Shown in pieces: positions 7,109 through 8,509 of a stretch of 8,509 bases of DNA. The stretch is from a virus (lineage: Duplodnaviria > Heunggongvirae > Uroviricota > Caudoviricetes): IMG/VR virus record IMGVR_UViG_648276669_000009. One strand, 5' to 3'. The first letter of the stretch is position 1. Every line of letters starts with the position of its first letter. Made by a program: the position numbers and the translations under genes. The notes under the pieces are model-generated. The model was not told where the DNA came from and searched no databases. It saw only the letters and a program-made list of their open reading frames with translations.

Positions 7109-7426
7109 GGGGGGGGATGCGCAAAGCGGTTACAACGGTTACAAATTTAAAATCACTTATTTTTGTATTATGTATCAATATATTATAACTGGTCTGATGA
7201 GTTACAAAAGCGGTTACAACGCGGTTACATGTAACCGTTTTGTTAGGTTACAGGCGGTTACAGGTTAAGTTTTTAATTGATTGATAATAAAGTGCTTTTT
7301 GAAACCTGTAACCGTTGTAACCGCAGTGTAACCGCAAAGCGGTTACAAACAATATCCATTAAAATCATGTTGTTAAGTGGTGTTTTTGACTGTTGTAACC
7401 GTTGTAACCGCTTTGCGCACCCCCCA
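7109..7426. repeat. Iteron cluster: at least 13 copies of GGTTACA / TGTAACC in dyad-symmetric arrangement, bounded by a 34-bp inverted repeat and containing AT-rich spacers; putative replication origin and/or recombination arm-site region
   Basis: Perfect heptamers at 7128, 7137, 7212, 7223, 7246, 7256, 7341 (top strand) and 7230, 7307, 7316, 7327, 7394, 7403 (complement), plus degenerate copies. Left arm 7111-7144 and right arm 7393-7425 are reverse complements apart from one extra A at 7117. There is a 16-bp perfect palindrome CGGTTACATGTAACCG at 7222-7237. AT-rich tracts lie at 7145-7200 and 7263-7300. Confidence 0.7.
7173..7185 (+). promoter_or_regulatory. IHF-like site (TATCAATATATTA fits WATCAANNNNTTR) inside the AT-rich spacer of the iteron region
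   Basis: Consensus match read from the sequence. AT-rich DNA produces such matches easily, so this is weak on its own. Confidence 0.3.
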
Positions 7427-7653
7427 CCGGATTATGAGGCAGAGTCCCAAAACAACTGGCCTGACCTCTAACAAAAATGCAACATCAATCATTGATTTTT
7501 TTTGGGGCTGTCAGTCACGGGGAGTTGCCCTGTTGTTTGGCAGAAAAATGAAGTATGTACATGCGCGGCGGGGATGGTAAAAAACGTAATACACGCGGCG
7601 CAGTTGCCATAAAAAATCTCTCAAAAGCACTCTTTTTGACGCTATTGTTCATC

Positions 7654-7680
7654 TGCACAAAAGTGCACAAATTTGCACAA
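7654..7680 (+). promoter_or_regulatory. Three tandem TGCACAA repeats with exact 10-bp phasing (plus a fourth copy at 7746-7752); candidate operator / regulator-binding array
   Basis: TGCACAA at 7654, 7664 and 7674 places the copies on one helical face. They sit inside a 540-bp apparently non-coding region upstream of the ogr-like gene. Confidence 0.35.
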
Positions 7681-8042
7681 TTTTTTAGAGTAACTTTTTG
7701 CCCATCCGGCCCAGTACTGGCGCGCCCGGAGGGCGATTTCGTGCGTGCACAAAAAACGGTGAGTTTTTCGCGCGCAGGTGACGGGGGAACAGCCCGCGTT
7801 TCAGGGGGTAAATTACATCTTTCGCTAAAGACTGTGGGAATGTCCGACCGGGTTAGTTTTATCGCCAGCCAGAGCCGTTCTTACTGCAAGAGAGAACTGA
7901 TACGGGGAATGTGAGGAGTGAGTATGGGAACGGTGTGCCTGCGCGTAATACGCAGCGACCGTTGCGGATTTATTTGATACAGCCAGAGGAGGCGGCGGAA
8001 GATATAATAGGTTAAATTTCACACCAGTAAGAGGAGCGTGAT

Positions 8043-8225
8043 ATGTCTTTCCCTTGCCCGGCCTGTGGCGCTTCAGCCCGCACCCGTGGTCGTTCGTTGG
8101 AAGAACACGAACAAAACATCTACAAAACGTATTACCAGTGCAATAATATTGAGTGCGGGGCCTGTTTTTGTACGCTTGAGTCGTTTGTACGCATCACTAA
8201 GCGCAGGAAGTCGAAAACTTCATAG
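8043..8225 (+). CDS. ogr: Ogr/Delta-family zinc-finger late-gene transcriptional activator
   Basis: 60-aa ORF with SD AGGAG 7 nt upstream of the ATG. Cys spacing C-X2-C-X24-C-X4-C (CPAC...QCNNIEC), and the local sequence CPACGASARTRGR...YYQCNNIECGACF parallels P2 Ogr (CPLCQHAAHARTSRY...YHQCQNVNCSATF, from memory). Confidence 0.85.
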   Translation: MSFPCPACGASARTRGRSLEEHEQNIYKTYYQCNNIECGACFCTLESFVRITKRRKSKTS

Positions 8226-8275
8226 TGATTTGTATAACACAGCCAGCGAGTGTGACCGGCTGCGTTATTTCTGTA

Positions 8276-8509
8276 TTATGTCGTGTGGTTCTGGTCATTT
8301 GCCCAGGCCCACACATCCCCCGCGACATTGCGCCCGTTGCGGTCTTCTTCATGCTTTTCCCCGGCCTTAATTCCCTGACTGATAAACATCCTGACGCACT
8401 GGGAGTAGTTCATCTCTCTGTCCTTACATATCTGATTTATTTTATGGTCGATTTCGAGCGGAATACGAATACAGCGTAATACGCATCGCATTTTCTTTTG
8501 TTTTTTCAT
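8276..8509 (-). CDS. Ribbon-helix-helix (Arc/Mnt-like) DNA-binding protein, putative repressor
   Basis: 77-aa ORF convergent with ogr, 50 bp between the two stops. LRCIRIPLEIDHKINQICKDREMNYSQCVRMFISQG fits the RHH pattern (beta strand, helix A, N-x-S/N-capped helix B) of Arc. The start codon is at the window edge, so the RBS and promoter are not visible; the internal Met at 8491 is an alternative start. Confidence 0.55.
   Translation of the reverse strand: MKKQKKMRCVLRCIRIPLEIDHKINQICKDREMNYSQCVRMFISQGIKAGEKHEEDRNGRNVAGDVWAWANDQNHTT

Larger units (their letters stand above)
1..8509. mobile_element. Partial P4-like satellite / integrative element backbone (AlpA - immunity region - Icd-like - primase/helicase - integrase - iteron region - Ogr/Delta-like)
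   Basis: The gene content and order match the P4 left operon (vis/alpA, kil/icd, small ORFs, alpha primase), followed by an integrase and an Ogr/Delta-family activator. Element ends, att core and any tRNA lie outside the window. Confidence 0.6.

Noticed and set aside
7109-7426. CRISPR array
   Set aside because: Repeat units are only 7-10 bp, occur in both orientations with irregular spacing, and have no unique spacers of uniform length. They are iterons, not CRISPR repeats.
7484-7503. Intrinsic terminator at ATCAA-TCA-TTGAT followed by T8
   Set aside because: The stem is only 5 bp and entirely A/T, so it is too weak to call. The T8 run may simply be AT-rich spacer.
7277-7580. ORFs 7277..7471 and 7377..7580 (+)
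   Set aside because: They lie within the iteron and inverted-repeat field. Their peptides are translations of repeat units (CNRCNR...) with no RBS.
7654-7680. DnaA boxes
   Set aside because: TGCACAA does not fit the TTATNCACA consensus when aligned.
7939-7954. GCGTAATACGC motif shared between the ogr upstream region and the RHH coding region (8474-8484)
   Set aside because: A single 11-mer recurrence is expected by chance several times in an 8.5-kb window on two strands, so it is not good evidence for an operator.
7555-8022. ORFs 7555..7914 (+, 119 aa) and 7825..8022 (-, 65 aa)
   Set aside because: No SD, Gly/Arg- or Pro/His-rich low-complexity products, and they overlap phased repeats and palindromes. 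Region treated as regulatory.
6862-8040. tRNA or tmRNA 3-prime end marking an att core
   Set aside because: No T-arm-like GGTTCRANYCC motif or CCA-ending acceptor sequence was found by eye. The att core is probably outside the window or cannot be recognised without the other element end.
8038-8479. ORFs 8038..8370 (+, 110 aa) and 8225..8479 (+, 84 aa)
   Set aside because: Off-frame overlaps of the well-supported ogr-like gene and antisense to the RHH gene.

Overview
The window reads as the core of a P4-like satellite / phage-related integrative element, transcribed almost entirely on the + strand. In order: an AT-rich 350-aa ORF of unknown function with HTH-like motifs at both ends (1..1053); an AlpA/Vis-type regulator (1149..1469); a repeat-rich, probably non-coding stretch resembling a P1 c4 / P4 CI immunity-RNA region (about 1470..2015); an Icd/Kil-like small protein followed by three small ORFs whose stops and starts overlap (2016..2770); a second AT-rich small ORF (2838..3137); a large TOPRIM primase plus P-loop helicase of the P4 alpha type (3186..5855); a P2-Int-like tyrosine integrase interrupted by a -1 frameshift at an A7 run (5858..6861); a terminator; a dyad-symmetric cluster of GGTTACA iterons flanked by 34-bp inverted repeats (7109..7426); a 540-bp non-coding region with 10-bp-phased TGCACAA repeats; an Ogr/Delta-family zinc-finger late activator (8043..8225); and a convergent Arc/Mnt-like RHH protein on the - strand (8276..8509). 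Both window edges coincide with start codons, so the ends of the element and any att core or tRNA are not visible. Everything is inferred from sequence and recalled family features; no searches were run. The most notable points are the frameshifted integrase on a perfect slippery heptamer, the iteron region, the candidate antisense-RNA immunity region, and two compositionally foreign ORFs of unknown function.
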